Source of the DNA: Aquificota bacterium
GTDB lineage: Bacteria; Aquificota; Aquificia; Aquificales; QOAS01
Direction: 5' to 3'
NCBI GenBank assembly: GCA_013153315.1
Contig: JAADES010000048.1
Location: 812-64,811, forward strand
Length of the DNA: 64,000 nucleotides
In this document: positions 40,518 to 48,997 of the stretch, one piece after another
How positions within the stretch are numbered: position 1 is the stretch's first letter
How the letters are laid out: each line of letters opens with the position of its first letter
Program-made: the position numbers and the translations under genes
The notes under the pieces: model-generated
Database searches by the model: none
The model's input: the letters and a program-made list of their open reading frames with translations, nothing else
What the model was told of the DNA's origin: nothing

Positions 40518-41621
40518 TTAGTCCTCAGGAACTATAACCTGCCTTATAGGTAGCCCATATTTAACCGCAAATTCATAGTCCCTTTCGTCGTGGGCGGGGA
40601 CGGCCATTATAGCACCGGTTCCGTATTCGGCTAAAACATAGTTGGCAGTCCATACGGGTATTAAATCGCCCGTAAGCGGGTGGCGGGCATAACGACCTAG
40701 GAATACACCTTCTTTTTCTTTTACCCTGCGGCGTTCCTCTACTGGAAGGCTTTTTATACGCTTTAAAAATTCTTCAACTTGCTTTTCTTGGGGAGTTCCT
40801 TTAGCCAGTTTTTGGGTTAGCGGGTGTTCGGGAGCTAAAACTAGAAAGGTCACTCCGAATAATGTATCGGGGCGGGTTGTAAATACCACAATTTCATCGC
40901 CCGTTTCGGGGACTTCAAAAATAATTTCCGCCCCTTCGCTTTTTCCTATCCAATTTTTCTGTTGGGCTATAACCCTGTCGGGCCATTTTCCTTTGAGTTT
41001 TTCGAGGTCTTCTAAGAGTTGGTCGGCGTAGGCGGTAATTTTCAAATACCAAGAAGGGATTTCTTTTTGAACTATAGGCGTATCACAACGCCAACATCTC
41101 CCTTCTATAACTTGCTCGTTGGCCAAGACGGTTTCGCAGGAGGGGCACCAGTTAACCACCGCACTTTTGCGGTAGGCTATTCCTTTTTCCAACATTTTTA
41201 GGAAAATCCATTGGTTCCATTTGTAATAATCGGGTTCACAGGTGGCTATTTCCCTATCCCAATCGTAGGAAAGCCCCAACAGTTTGAGTTGCCTTTTCAT
41301 GTTTTCAATGTTTTTCTTTGTCCACTCGGCGGGGTGAATTTTATGTTTTATCGCCGCATTTTCGGCCGGTAAACCGAAAGCGTCCCAACCCATGGGGTGA
41401 AGAATGTTGGCCCCTTTCATTTTAAGGTAGCGAGCTACGGCGTCTCCTATGGTGTAGTTTCTAACGTGCCCCATATGAATGTTTCCCGAAGGATAGGGGA
41501 ACATTTCGAGGACATATTTTTTGTTGGGTTTTCCCTCTTGGGCCTTAAAGGCTTTATTTTCTTCCCACTTTTGTTGCCATTTTTTCTCTACCTTTCGGGG
41601 ATTGTATTTTTCCCTTTCCAT
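40518..41621 (-). CDS. leuS: leucyl-tRNA synthetase, N-terminal 367-aa fragment only (split subunit or truncated relic)
   Basis: Clean LeuRS N-terminus: '[19 protein letters not shown]' (HIGH), Zn knuckle '[23 protein letters not shown]', then '[27 protein letters not shown]' followed by TAA. There is no KMSKS or anticodon-binding region here or in the 86 bp before flhF. Confidence 0.85.
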   Translation of the reverse strand: MEREKYNPRKVEKKWQQKWEENKAFKAQEGKPNKKYVLEMFPYPSGNIHMGHVRNYTIGDAVARYLKMKGANILHPMGWDAFGLPAENAAIKHKIHPAEWTKKNIENMKRQLKLLGLSYDWDREIATCEPDYYKWNQWIFLKMLEKGIAYRKSAVVNWCPSCETVLANEQVIEGRCWRCDTPIVQKEIPSWYLKITAYADQLLEDLEKLKGKWPDRVIAQQKNWIGKSEGAEIIFEVPETGDEIVVFTTRPDTLFGVTFLVLAPEHPLTQKLAKGTPQEKQVEEFLKRIKSLPVEERRRVKEKEGVFLGRYARHPLTGDLIPVWTANYVLAEYGTGAIMAVPAHDERDYEFAVKYGLPIRQVIVPED

Positions 41622-41642
41622 TTAAGTCTAAGAATTTTAGGT

Positions 41643-41906
41643 TTAAAAAACCCTAAAACTTTCCCAAGGTTCGTATATATATCCTTCCACCCACTCGAGT
41701 TTATCGACTATGTAAACCCTTACGCGGTCTTGGTGCTTATTTATAAGCTTCCTTAAACGGGAGACCAAACGGGATAACTCGGTTCGGGTTATATTGGGAA
41801 TATAGAAAACCGAAAGTTGGTAGCGGTATCCGTAAGAAGACAAGAGTTGAGAGACTTTATTTCTCCTTTGGTCGTCGGAAATGTCATAAGCAATAACTAC
41901 TTTCAT
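41643..41906 (-). CDS. cas2: Cas2-like protein (orphan; no cas1, other cas genes or array in the window)
   Basis: 87 aa from the Met at 41906: 'MKVVIAYDISDDQRRNKVSQLLSSYGYRYQLSVFYIPNITRTELSRLVSRLRKLINKHQDRVRVYIV'. This is the Cas2 ferredoxin-like pattern, with the N-terminal beta-strand carrying the conserved Asp and 'Q.SVF'. The track ORF extends to 41948. Confidence 0.7.
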   Translation of the reverse strand: MKVVIAYDISDDQRRNKVSQLLSSYGYRYQLSVFYIPNITRTELSRLVSRLRKLINKHQDRVRVYIVDKLEWVEGYIYEPWESFRVF

Positions 41907-41924
41907 TTGTTTTATTTTAAACGA

Positions 41925-41986
41925 CCTTAAAAGGGTTGTTTTAATCAAACCTTCAATTGCAAGATTTATTAAAACCCTAAAAGGGA
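41925..41986. repeat. triple-hairpin element: 38-nt imperfect palindrome flanked by two short CCYTAAAAGGG palindromes
   Basis: 'gttttaatcaaaccttcaattgcaagatttattaaaac' (41938-41975) has perfect GTTTTAAT/ATTAAAAC arms. It is flanked by 'ccttaaaaggg' and 'ccctaaaaggg'. It lies between the atpZ-like stop and the cas2 start. Confidence 0.5.
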
Positions 41987-42000
41987 ATTAAAAAACTTAA

Positions 42001-42306
42001 CTATTCTTTTTTTTGTTCTATTTTTGACAAACTTTCGTCGGAGCTAGATTGGTCGGTAGTTTTTAAGGTAGTTTTATTTTCCTTTTCCACCAGGCGGTTC
42101 ATCTCTTGGTAGGCGTTTTTAAAGCCTGCTATTATTCCCAAAAGGAAAAATATCAACAGCCCCCACGGGGAAGAGTTAAATAAGCTGTCAACCACATAAC
42201 CGACCAAAAGGCCGGCCAATACGCCCCCGATAATGTGGGTAGCCACCAAGAAGGCGGAACTTTCCTGAGAAATAAATTTGAGTGGAAATTTAAATTTTTT
42301 AGCCAT
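42001..42306 (-). CDS. AtpZ/AtpI-like small membrane protein (putative F0F1-ATPase-associated subunit family)
   Basis: About 101 aa from the Met at 42306. Two TM helices in the family pattern 'IIGGVLAGLLVGYVVDSLFNSSPWGLLIFFLLGIIAGF'. No atp operon nearby. Confidence 0.55.
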   Translation of the reverse strand: MAKKFKFPLKFISQESSAFLVATHIIGGVLAGLLVGYVVDSLFNSSPWGLLIFFLLGIIAGFKNAYQEMNRLVEKENKTTLKTTDQSSSDESLSKIEQKKE

Positions 42307-42321
42307 GCTATAGATATAGAT

Positions 42322-42891
42322 ATGCAAATCTCTACCCACCTTTGTGAGAAATTCAAAAAGGTAAAACTCCTATTAATGGATGTTGATGGAATTTTAAACG
42401 ACGGTAGGGTTTACTATGTTCCCTTTCCCAACGGGGAAATAAAAATAGCAAAATTTTTCAACGTTAGGGACGGTTTAGGTATAAACCTCCTTAGAGCTGT
42501 TGGAATAAAAATAGGGGTAATAACCGGTCGGAGCGACGAAGTTGTATTAAAAAGATGTCAAGACCTCAAATGTGCCTTTATAAAAATGGGGGTAAAAAAT
42601 AAGCTTGCCGCCCTTGAGGAAGCTTTAAAAACCTTTAACCTGACCGCCGAAGAGGTTTGCTATATCGGCGACGATTGGAACGATTTTCCCGTGTTAAAGG
42701 CCGTTGGAGTTTCTGCCACCGTAGCCGACGCCCCCGAGGAAATCAAAGAGGTCGTAGATTACATTACGACCAAAAAAGGTGGAGACGGAGCCGTTAGGGA
42801 ACTTATTGAGGTTATTCTCAAATGTCAAAACCGATTTGAGGAAGCTGTTAGTATCTTCCTCCAAAAGTTAGAAAAGGGCGAAAAACCCTAA
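42322..42891 (+). CDS. kdsC: 3-deoxy-D-manno-octulosonate 8-phosphate phosphatase (HAD family, KdsC-like)
   Basis: HAD motif I 'LLLMDVDGILNDGRVYY', 'NVRDGLGI', and 'YIGDDWNDFPVLKAVG'. The start is more likely the ATG at 42322 than the track start at 42235. Confidence 0.8.
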   Translation: MQISTHLCEKFKKVKLLLMDVDGILNDGRVYYVPFPNGEIKIAKFFNVRDGLGINLLRAVGIKIGVITGRSDEVVLKRCQDLKCAFIKMGVKNKLAALEEALKTFNLTAEEVCYIGDDWNDFPVLKAVGVSATVADAPEEIKEVVDYITTKKGGDGAVRELIEVILKCQNRFEEAVSIFLQKLEKGEKP

Positions 42892-42898
42892 GGGTATT

Positions 42899-43168
42899 TT
42901 ATTGTTTAGCCATTTTTTGTTTTTTGTATTGGTTGAATTTTGCCCATATAAGGTCTTTTAAGTGTAATTTTTCCCTCTTCATGGCCTCCAATTCTTTTTC
43001 TAAGGCCGAACTCATAGGGTTATGTTTTTCTAACTTATCGGTTTTAACATTTAGTTCGTAATGTCTATCCACCCATTCTTTAAATTCTTCGTCGGTTTCA
43101 TAGAGTTCGGTGAAAAGTTTTTTGTCCTCTTCGTTAGTAAGTTCTTTTAAAAAGAGCCCTTTCTTCAT
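42899..43168 (-). CDS. DUF465 (YdcH-like) family small protein
   Basis: 89 aa, helical. 'LEKELEAMKREKLHLKDLI' resembles the DUF465 C-terminal pattern. Confidence 0.5.
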   Translation of the reverse strand: MKKGLFLKELTNEEDKKLFTELYETDEEFKEWVDRHYELNVKTDKLEKHNPMSSALEKELEAMKREKLHLKDLIWAKFNQYKKQKMAKQ

Positions 43169-43189
43169 TTAAAAACCTCCTAAGGGTGG

Positions 43190-43837
43190 TTAGTTTTTAA
43201 ACTTAAAGAGGATTTTTGAGGAAAACAAGTCTTTAATTTGGAGGTTGTAAACTTTAAAATCGTATTTTTTGAGCCAACTTTCCTCTATTTTTTGGCCTTT
43301 CATAATAACGATAAGTTCGGTGGCGAATTTATCCAGGAGCCGATAAGCATAGTCGAGGGGGTGGATTTTTTTTCCCTTAACTTCCAAAGCTCGGGAAACC
43401 GCTATATGGCACTTTAATTCAACCTCTTGGGCCATTTGGCAATGCACCGTATAATCCAAGCCTAACTTTGTTTTCAAATAGGATAGAAATGAACATTTTT
43501 TTGAAACACTTTCAATAAGGTGAACTTCCAAACTATCGCCGTAGTAAATTTTTAGAGGAACTCCCGGAAATCCTGCCCCGCTACCTACATCGACCAAAGA
43601 TTTGCCCCGCGGGTTGTAACCTATTTCTCTGAAAAACTTGACGAGGGAAAGACTATCGCAAAAGTGACGTTTAATTATTTCTTCATCCTTTTCAACCGCC
43701 GTAAGGTTGTGTATTCGATTCCATTTTTTTAAAGTTTCCAAGTAAAGGATAAATTTGTTTTTCTGTTCCTCGTTTAGGTTTATCTCGAGTTTTGTACAAA
43801 GCTCCTCCAGTAGTTTTTTTAAATGGTTACCGTTCAT
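43190..43837 (-). CDS. rsmG: 16S rRNA (guanine527-N7)-methyltransferase RsmG (GidB)
   Basis: 215 aa. 'WNRIHNLTAV', SAM motif 'LVDVGSGAGFPGVPLKI'. Confidence 0.85.
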   Translation of the reverse strand: MNGNHLKKLLEELCTKLEINLNEEQKNKFILYLETLKKWNRIHNLTAVEKDEEIIKRHFCDSLSLVKFFREIGYNPRGKSLVDVGSGAGFPGVPLKIYYGDSLEVHLIESVSKKCSFLSYLKTKLGLDYTVHCQMAQEVELKCHIAVSRALEVKGKKIHPLDYAYRLLDKFATELIVIMKGQKIEESWLKKYDFKVYNLQIKDLFSSKILFKFKN

Positions 43838-43990
43838 AGTAGGGGATTATTGTCTTCTCTCCCTTCGGGGACGGGAAGAACCACCATATCGCCTCATGGA
43901 GGGTGTTGGCCCCCGTACCCGCAATAACGGGAACCCTTTCGTTAGCATATTCAACCGCAAATAAAAGGTAGAAAATTAAAATATTCCACT

Positions 43991-44359
43991 GTGCGGATTT
44001 TAATAATAGAGGATCGCTTCGGTCTAATTTCCACCCGCGTGCCTAAAATGTTTAGCCCTAAATTAATTGTTAAAAATTTTGCACGTTCGGCGGTGGAATT
44101 TTTAAGAAAATGTGAAAACCCAAAGGCTTTTCCTTTACCCCCTTCGGAGTTGGAAGCTCCCAATTTGGAAGGTTACCGCCTAAATGTCTGTTTCAGATTG
44201 TTCTACACCGATATAGAGGATTTTCATAAACCTATGTCTATAGTGGATTTTAAAGTTATGGAAAGCCCTTCGGTGGAATTTGAAATGCAATTTTTAGCGG
44301 GAAAAGTTCCTTTTGTGGATATATCTAGGGTTTACACCTACCTTTTAAAGGAAGAATAA
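43991..44359 (+). CDS. hypothetical protein (122 aa; start uncertain, GTG 43991 or ATG 44048)
   Basis: ORF only, with no recognisable motif. Confidence 0.3.
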   Translation: MRILIIEDRFGLISTRVPKMFSPKLIVKNFARSAVEFLRKCENPKAFPLPPSELEAPNLEGYRLNVCFRLFYTDIEDFHKPMSIVDFKVMESPSVEFEMQFLAGKVPFVDISRVYTYLLKEE

Positions 44360-44371
44360 AAAAGAAAACCT

Positions 44372-44860
44372 TTAAAGGTTCTTTTTGCTTCTTTCCATAG
44401 CCTGTTGGGCAAGGTATTGATTTCCGAACTTTTGGAGGTTTAGAAATTCCCTTTCAAAGGTTTCAAAGTGTCTTTCTTCGTCCATAACAACCTTCTTAAA
44501 TAGCTGTTCTGTTCCTATATCTCGGTCGTGGGCAACAACCTCCATAGCCCATTTGGAATAGAGTTCTACAGCCTCTGCTTCGCTCTGCATTGCTATTTCC
44601 AACATCTTTTGGGGGTCTTGAACTTTTTGTATTTGCCCGGCCAGTTTTCCCAGTTCTACGTCCCCGCCAAGGAACAGTATTCTTTCGGCAAAGGCTTCTA
44701 TATGCTTCATTTCCTCTATGGCGATTTTCTTAAAGATGGCGGCCAACAAATCGTAACCCATATCGTCCAGAAGGAAATGGAAATACATGTATTGGTGCAA
44801 AGCTAATTCCTCTTCGGCTATGGCTTTATTTAAAAGTTCAACACTTTTAGGATTTCTCAT
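44372..44860 (-). CDS. bfr: bacterioferritin / ferritin-like diiron protein
   Basis: 162 aa four-helix-bundle pattern with ferroxidase ligands ('EEELALHQY', 'IEEMKHIE', 'AEAVELY', 'DEERHFETF'). Confidence 0.75.
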   Translation of the reverse strand: MRNPKSVELLNKAIAEEELALHQYMYFHFLLDDMGYDLLAAIFKKIAIEEMKHIEAFAERILFLGGDVELGKLAGQIQKVQDPQKMLEIAMQSEAEAVELYSKWAMEVVAHDRDIGTEQLFKKVVMDEERHFETFEREFLNLQKFGNQYLAQQAMERSKKNL

Positions 44861-44907
44861 AGGGGTTAATATAGGAAAAAATCACTTTAAAGAAATGGTA
44901 AGAAATT

Positions 44908-46050
44908 TTAACTATCTTTATAGAGGTTTAAGTTCTCCCTTAGGAGCAGAAAAGTATTTGTGCCATTAAAAAGGTTCAACCTTCCCCTTACGGTGGAAAA
45001 TTCCCCAAAGGAAGAAACCATTAAAAAGGGATACTTAAAATGTTTTTTTAATATTTGGTATTCCTCTTTCGGCTCTAAATAAAACCTTCTACCGTAACAG
45101 TTTAAAAATAGTCCAAAATCCCAACCTTGGGTTTTTATAAATACACGGGAAAATTTTTTATCCAAATTCCTTAAGTAGATAAATTGAAAACTTCCCTTTT
45201 TCGGTAAATCGGCCCAAAAAGTTAAAGTTCCCCGTCGGGTATCCAATTCTTTAGGAAAACGAACCAACGGGGGTTTTTTAACAAAAGAAGAGCCATTTAC
45301 AGGTTTTATAGACAGAGGTAGAGCCACTATATGGTCTAATGGAAAATCTTTCGGTAGGACTTCCTTAAATAAATCCAAAGCCGGTTTTTCGTCGATTTTT
45401 ACCATTTCGTTGAGGTCTCCCCTTTCAAATTCAAAAGGGGGGCCGATAGGGGTAAACTCAATTAGGGTTTTGGCTTCATAATTGAACCCACCGAAGGACA
45501 AAACTATAAATTCCTTCTCTTTTAAGGTTTTATTGTGGGTAAATACGGGATAATAACCGTTTTTGTGGTCACCCCCGGTAATCCAACCTACTATTTTGGT
45601 TTTTAAGTTCGTTATTGTTTCCCGAAGTAGAACAAAAAATTTTAAAAATTCCTTCGGTTGGGTATTTCCGGGAACTATCAAAAGGTGAATATACTGGGGA
45701 AGGTTATATTCCCTTAAAAGCTCTTTTAAGTTAATCTTTTCCAAAGAGTAGGTTTTTAAAGAAAAATCTCCCCAGGCTGTATTTTCCCTTTTAAAAAAAA
45801 CTGCCACCGGAAACTCTTCAAAAAATCCGTCGGGGGTTCCTATATAAGAAGAATAAAAAGCAACAAAGGGACGGTCGGAAAAGAATTTCCTCAAGTAGAA
45901 TTCGCTCTCTTTGGCTCCGAAGCTTAAGGGGAGTATAAAAAAAGCAAAATCGTAGTCGGACATAAAGGGGTGCTGTTTTTGCTGTTTTTTAATTTCGGAG
46001 AACGCTCGGTAGGGAATATGCTCCTTTGTATAGAGAAACTCCACAAGCAT
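44908..46050 (-). CDS. FIST-domain-like sensory protein (hypothetical)
   Basis: 380 aa. The C-terminal 'MVSSFGEFSTVRGRLNLFNGTNTFLLL' resembles the FIST_C terminus (GE...g...hN.T). Otherwise the assignment is weak. Confidence 0.4.
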   Translation of the reverse strand: MLVEFLYTKEHIPYRAFSEIKKQQKQHPFMSDYDFAFFILPLSFGAKESEFYLRKFFSDRPFVAFYSSYIGTPDGFFEEFPVAVFFKRENTAWGDFSLKTYSLEKINLKELLREYNLPQYIHLLIVPGNTQPKEFLKFFVLLRETITNLKTKIVGWITGGDHKNGYYPVFTHNKTLKEKEFIVLSFGGFNYEAKTLIEFTPIGPPFEFERGDLNEMVKIDEKPALDLFKEVLPKDFPLDHIVALPLSIKPVNGSSFVKKPPLVRFPKELDTRRGTLTFWADLPKKGSFQFIYLRNLDKKFSRVFIKTQGWDFGLFLNCYGRRFYLEPKEEYQILKKHFKYPFLMVSSFGEFSTVRGRLNLFNGTNTFLLLRENLNLYKDS

Positions 46051-46097
46051 GGGTTCTAAGAAATTATAGAAAAAGATTTTAAAAGAAATAAAAAGCG

Positions 46098-47300
46098 TTA
46101 TTTGTTTTTCACTCTTCCGGCCACTTTAAGGGGCAAACCCCATACTTTGGTGAATAGTTTTCCGGCCATGTGGTCGAAGGCGTCTTTGGGCGAGTAGGTG
46201 GCCAAATCTTCCACATAGAGGGAGTTGGGAGATTTCCTTCCTACAACAAAAATGTTTCCTTTGTAAAGTTTCAGACGAACATCACCGCTAACATCTTTTG
46301 CCAATGTGTTGTTGAAGGTGTCCATAGCCTCCCTTTGTTTGGAAAACCATAGGCCGTTGTAAACCAATGTTGCATATTGGTGGCGGATATGCTCTATGTG
46401 ATAGTGGTAGGTAAACCTTTCGGTGGTCAGAGATAGCAATTCGTCGTAGGCTTTGTAGAGGATAAAGGCGGCGGGAGCTTCGTAGAGTTCGCGGCTTTTA
46501 ATACCTACCAGACGGTTTTCCACCATATCCACCCTACCCACACCGTGACGGCCGCCTATTTTGTTTAGCTCTTCAATAAGCTGGTGGAGTTTTTCATACC
46601 TTTTGCCGTTTATAGCTACGGGTGTTCCTTCTTCAAAGGTTAGGGTTATATATTCGGGTTCGTTGGGGGCCTCCTCGGGGTCTACGGTAATCTGCCAAGC
46701 ATCTTTGGGAGGTTCGGCCCAAATATCCTCCAAAATACCGGCCTCTATAGAGACACCCCACAGGTTCCTATCTATGGAATAGGGTTTTTCCTTGGTAACG
46801 GGAACGGGTATGCCGTGCTTTTTGGCATACTCTATTTCCTCGTCGCGGGACTTAAATTCCCATTCCCTTACTGGAGCCAATACTTCTATATCGGGAGCCA
46901 GTGCCCAAGCCGAAACTTCGAACCTAACTTGGTCGTTACCTTTCCCGGTGGAGCCGTGGGCTATATAATCGGCACCAACCTTTTTGGCTATTTCTATCAG
47001 CTTTTTGCTAATGAGCGGTCTCGATAGGGAGGCTGTAAGGGGATATTTATTTTCGTAAAGGGCCAAGGCCCTTAGGGTAGGCAGGCAGTATTCGCGGGCA
47101 AATTCTTCTTTAACATCTTCCACGATAGCTTCCACCGCACCGGCCAACTTAGCTTTTTCGGGAATATAGTCCAACTCCTCACCCTGACCTACGTCGGCGG
47201 TGTAGGTTATCACTTCGAAACCTTGGTCGGTAAGCCAACGAACTATTACCGAAGTATCCAATCCGCCCGAGTAGGCTAAAACAACTCTTTTCTTCGCCAT
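46098..47300 (-). CDS. argG: argininosuccinate synthase
   Basis: 400 aa. 'VVLAYSGGLDTSV', 'AHGSTGKGNDQVRFE', 'SIDRNLWG'. Confidence 0.95.
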   Translation of the reverse strand: MAKKRVVLAYSGGLDTSVIVRWLTDQGFEVITYTADVGQGEELDYIPEKAKLAGAVEAIVEDVKEEFAREYCLPTLRALALYENKYPLTASLSRPLISKKLIEIAKKVGADYIAHGSTGKGNDQVRFEVSAWALAPDIEVLAPVREWEFKSRDEEIEYAKKHGIPVPVTKEKPYSIDRNLWGVSIEAGILEDIWAEPPKDAWQITVDPEEAPNEPEYITLTFEEGTPVAINGKRYEKLHQLIEELNKIGGRHGVGRVDMVENRLVGIKSRELYEAPAAFILYKAYDELLSLTTERFTYHYHIEHIRHQYATLVYNGLWFSKQREAMDTFNNTLAKDVSGDVRLKLYKGNIFVVGRKSPNSLYVEDLATYSPKDAFDHMAGKLFTKVWGLPLKVAGRVKNK

Positions 47301-47410
47301 TTAATGTATAGATGCTATCGGCTTGACCATCTCAAGGAGGCCCTATTTTTGCAGTGTCTTTGAAAGGTTTTGAATACCAACGACCCCTATACGGTGGATT
47401 TTTAAAAAAG

Positions 47411-47797
47411 TTAAACCTTTTTAGGGTTTTGTTGGTTATTTTCCTTCTTAGGTTTTGTTTCGTCTTCCACCACGGGGGCTTTTCCTTGAAAAAGTTCTTC
47501 CATAGATAGGTTGGGTTTTCCTTCCTTTTGAAGGAATTCGTCTATAAATTCCTTAGGTTTCTTTTGTTGGAAAGCTACTTTGTCCTCCATTAGGGCTTTA
47601 ACTTTTTGTTCCCCCTCCAAGGTCTGTTTTTTTAAATCCTCGCGGAGTTTTTCCATTTCCATACCCAGCTGGATTTCGGCCATCTCCTGTTTGATACGTC
47701 TAACCAGTTTCCCCAACTGGGCGGCAAACTCCAGCATTTTTTCAGGGCCAAAAACTATAAAAGCCACCGCAAGGATTACTAAAAGTTGAAATTCCAT
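47411..47797 (-). CDS. twin-arginine translocase TatA/TatB-family protein
   Basis: 128 aa. N-terminal TM plus hinge 'LLVILAVAFIVFGPEKMLEFA', followed by an amphipathic, charged tail. Confidence 0.7.
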   Translation of the reverse strand: MEFQLLVILAVAFIVFGPEKMLEFAAQLGKLVRRIKQEMAEIQLGMEMEKLREDLKKQTLEGEQKVKALMEDKVAFQQKKPKEFIDEFLQKEGKPNLSMEELFQGKAPVVEDETKPKKENNQQNPKKV

Positions 47798-48128
47798 AGG
47801 GGTATATTGTCCCTTCCCTAAAGGGAAATTTCTTTTCCTCTAACTTATTCCTCTTTTGGTTTATTTCTTGACATTCCTCAAACTGTACAATAACACAATT
47901 ATTTTTCTACATTTAATGTCCAGTTTTTGAAAAAGCCCCGAGTTGATTCATGCTATAAATTAAAATTTTTATTGTCATTAAATACAAAACCCGAGTTGAA
48001 AATTTCTTGACATTCCATTCGAAAATTACCGAGGTGAAGTAAATGAGATTTGCCAAGCTAAAGTTAATGATAAAAATCAAGCAAACAGAAGTTGAAGGTT
48101 TGGGAATACCTTAAAAGGAAAGAAATAC

Positions 48129-48986
48129 TTAGCCAAGCTTAATTTCCCAGTTGTCGATAAGCCTTGCCGAAGGCATTCTAACGGCGATTAAAATACGTTC
48201 CCCACCTTTTATTTCCTTTACAGGTTCCAAAGTTTGGGGGTCTACTATCTCCACATAATCAATCTCCTTAATTAGGGGAAACTGTTTTAGGAAGTTTAAA
48301 ATTTCTTCGCGAAGCTTTTGGGCATCTCGAAGCCCTTCCTCCACCAACTTTTGGGCTAACAGAAAGCTTTTATAAAGGGCGGTAGCTTGCCGACGTTCTT
48401 CTTCAGAAAGGTAAACGTTTCGGCTACTTTTGGCCAATCCGTCGGCTTCCCTAACAATAGGGCAGCCAACTATTTCAATGTCCATATTGAGGTCTTGAAC
48501 CATTTTTTTTATAACCAAAAGCTGTTGATAATCTTTTTCTCCAAAGTAGGCACGGTCAGGTTGGACTATGTTGAAAAGTTTGTTAACTACCGTGCAAACC
48601 CCCCTAAAGTGGCCCGGTCTAAATTTACCTTCCAACGTTTGGGATAATTTGGTCTCTTCTACATAGGTGGAAAAGCCCGGAGGATACATATCTTCCACTT
48701 CGGGGGCAAAAACTATATCCACCCCTTCCCTTTCGAGTAGTTTTAAATCCCTTTGTAAATCCCGAGGATAACGGTCGTAATCCTCATTCTTACCAAACTG
48801 GGTAGGATTTACAAAGATAGAAACCACTACAAAGTCGTTGTCTTTTTTAGCACACCTCACGAGGAAAAGGTGCCCCTCGTGAAGGTATCCCATAGTGGGA
48901 ACAAAACCTACTGTTTTACCTTCCTTTTTTAGTTTTTTTATAAAGGTTTGTAACTCGCGGGGATTTTTGAAGACCCTAACTCCCAT
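48129..48986 (-). CDS. panC: pantoate--beta-alanine ligase
   Basis: 285 aa. '[17 protein letters not shown]', '[12 protein letters not shown]', '[12 protein letters not shown]'. Confidence 0.9.
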   Translation of the reverse strand: MGVRVFKNPRELQTFIKKLKKEGKTVGFVPTMGYLHEGHLFLVRCAKKDNDFVVVSIFVNPTQFGKNEDYDRYPRDLQRDLKLLEREGVDIVFAPEVEDMYPPGFSTYVEETKLSQTLEGKFRPGHFRGVCTVVNKLFNIVQPDRAYFGEKDYQQLLVIKKMVQDLNMDIEIVGCPIVREADGLAKSSRNVYLSEEERRQATALYKSFLLAQKLVEEGLRDAQKLREEILNFLKQFPLIKEIDYVEIVDPQTLEPVKEIKGGERILIAVRMPSARLIDNWEIKLG

Positions 48987-48997
48987 GGACGATTATT

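Noticed and set aside
41907-42000. Possible CRISPR array or degenerate repeat next to the cas2-like gene
   Set aside because: Only a single 38-nt palindromic unit is present. There is no second copy and no spacer periodicity anywhere in the window, so it cannot be called a CRISPR. It is reported only as a hairpin element.
43991-44047. 'MRILIIED' N-terminus suggesting a response-regulator receiver domain
   Set aside because: The remainder of the 122-aa ORF lacks the receiver-domain Asp pocket, the conserved T/S and K, and the alternating beta-alpha pattern. The resemblance is limited to 8 residues after a GTG start.
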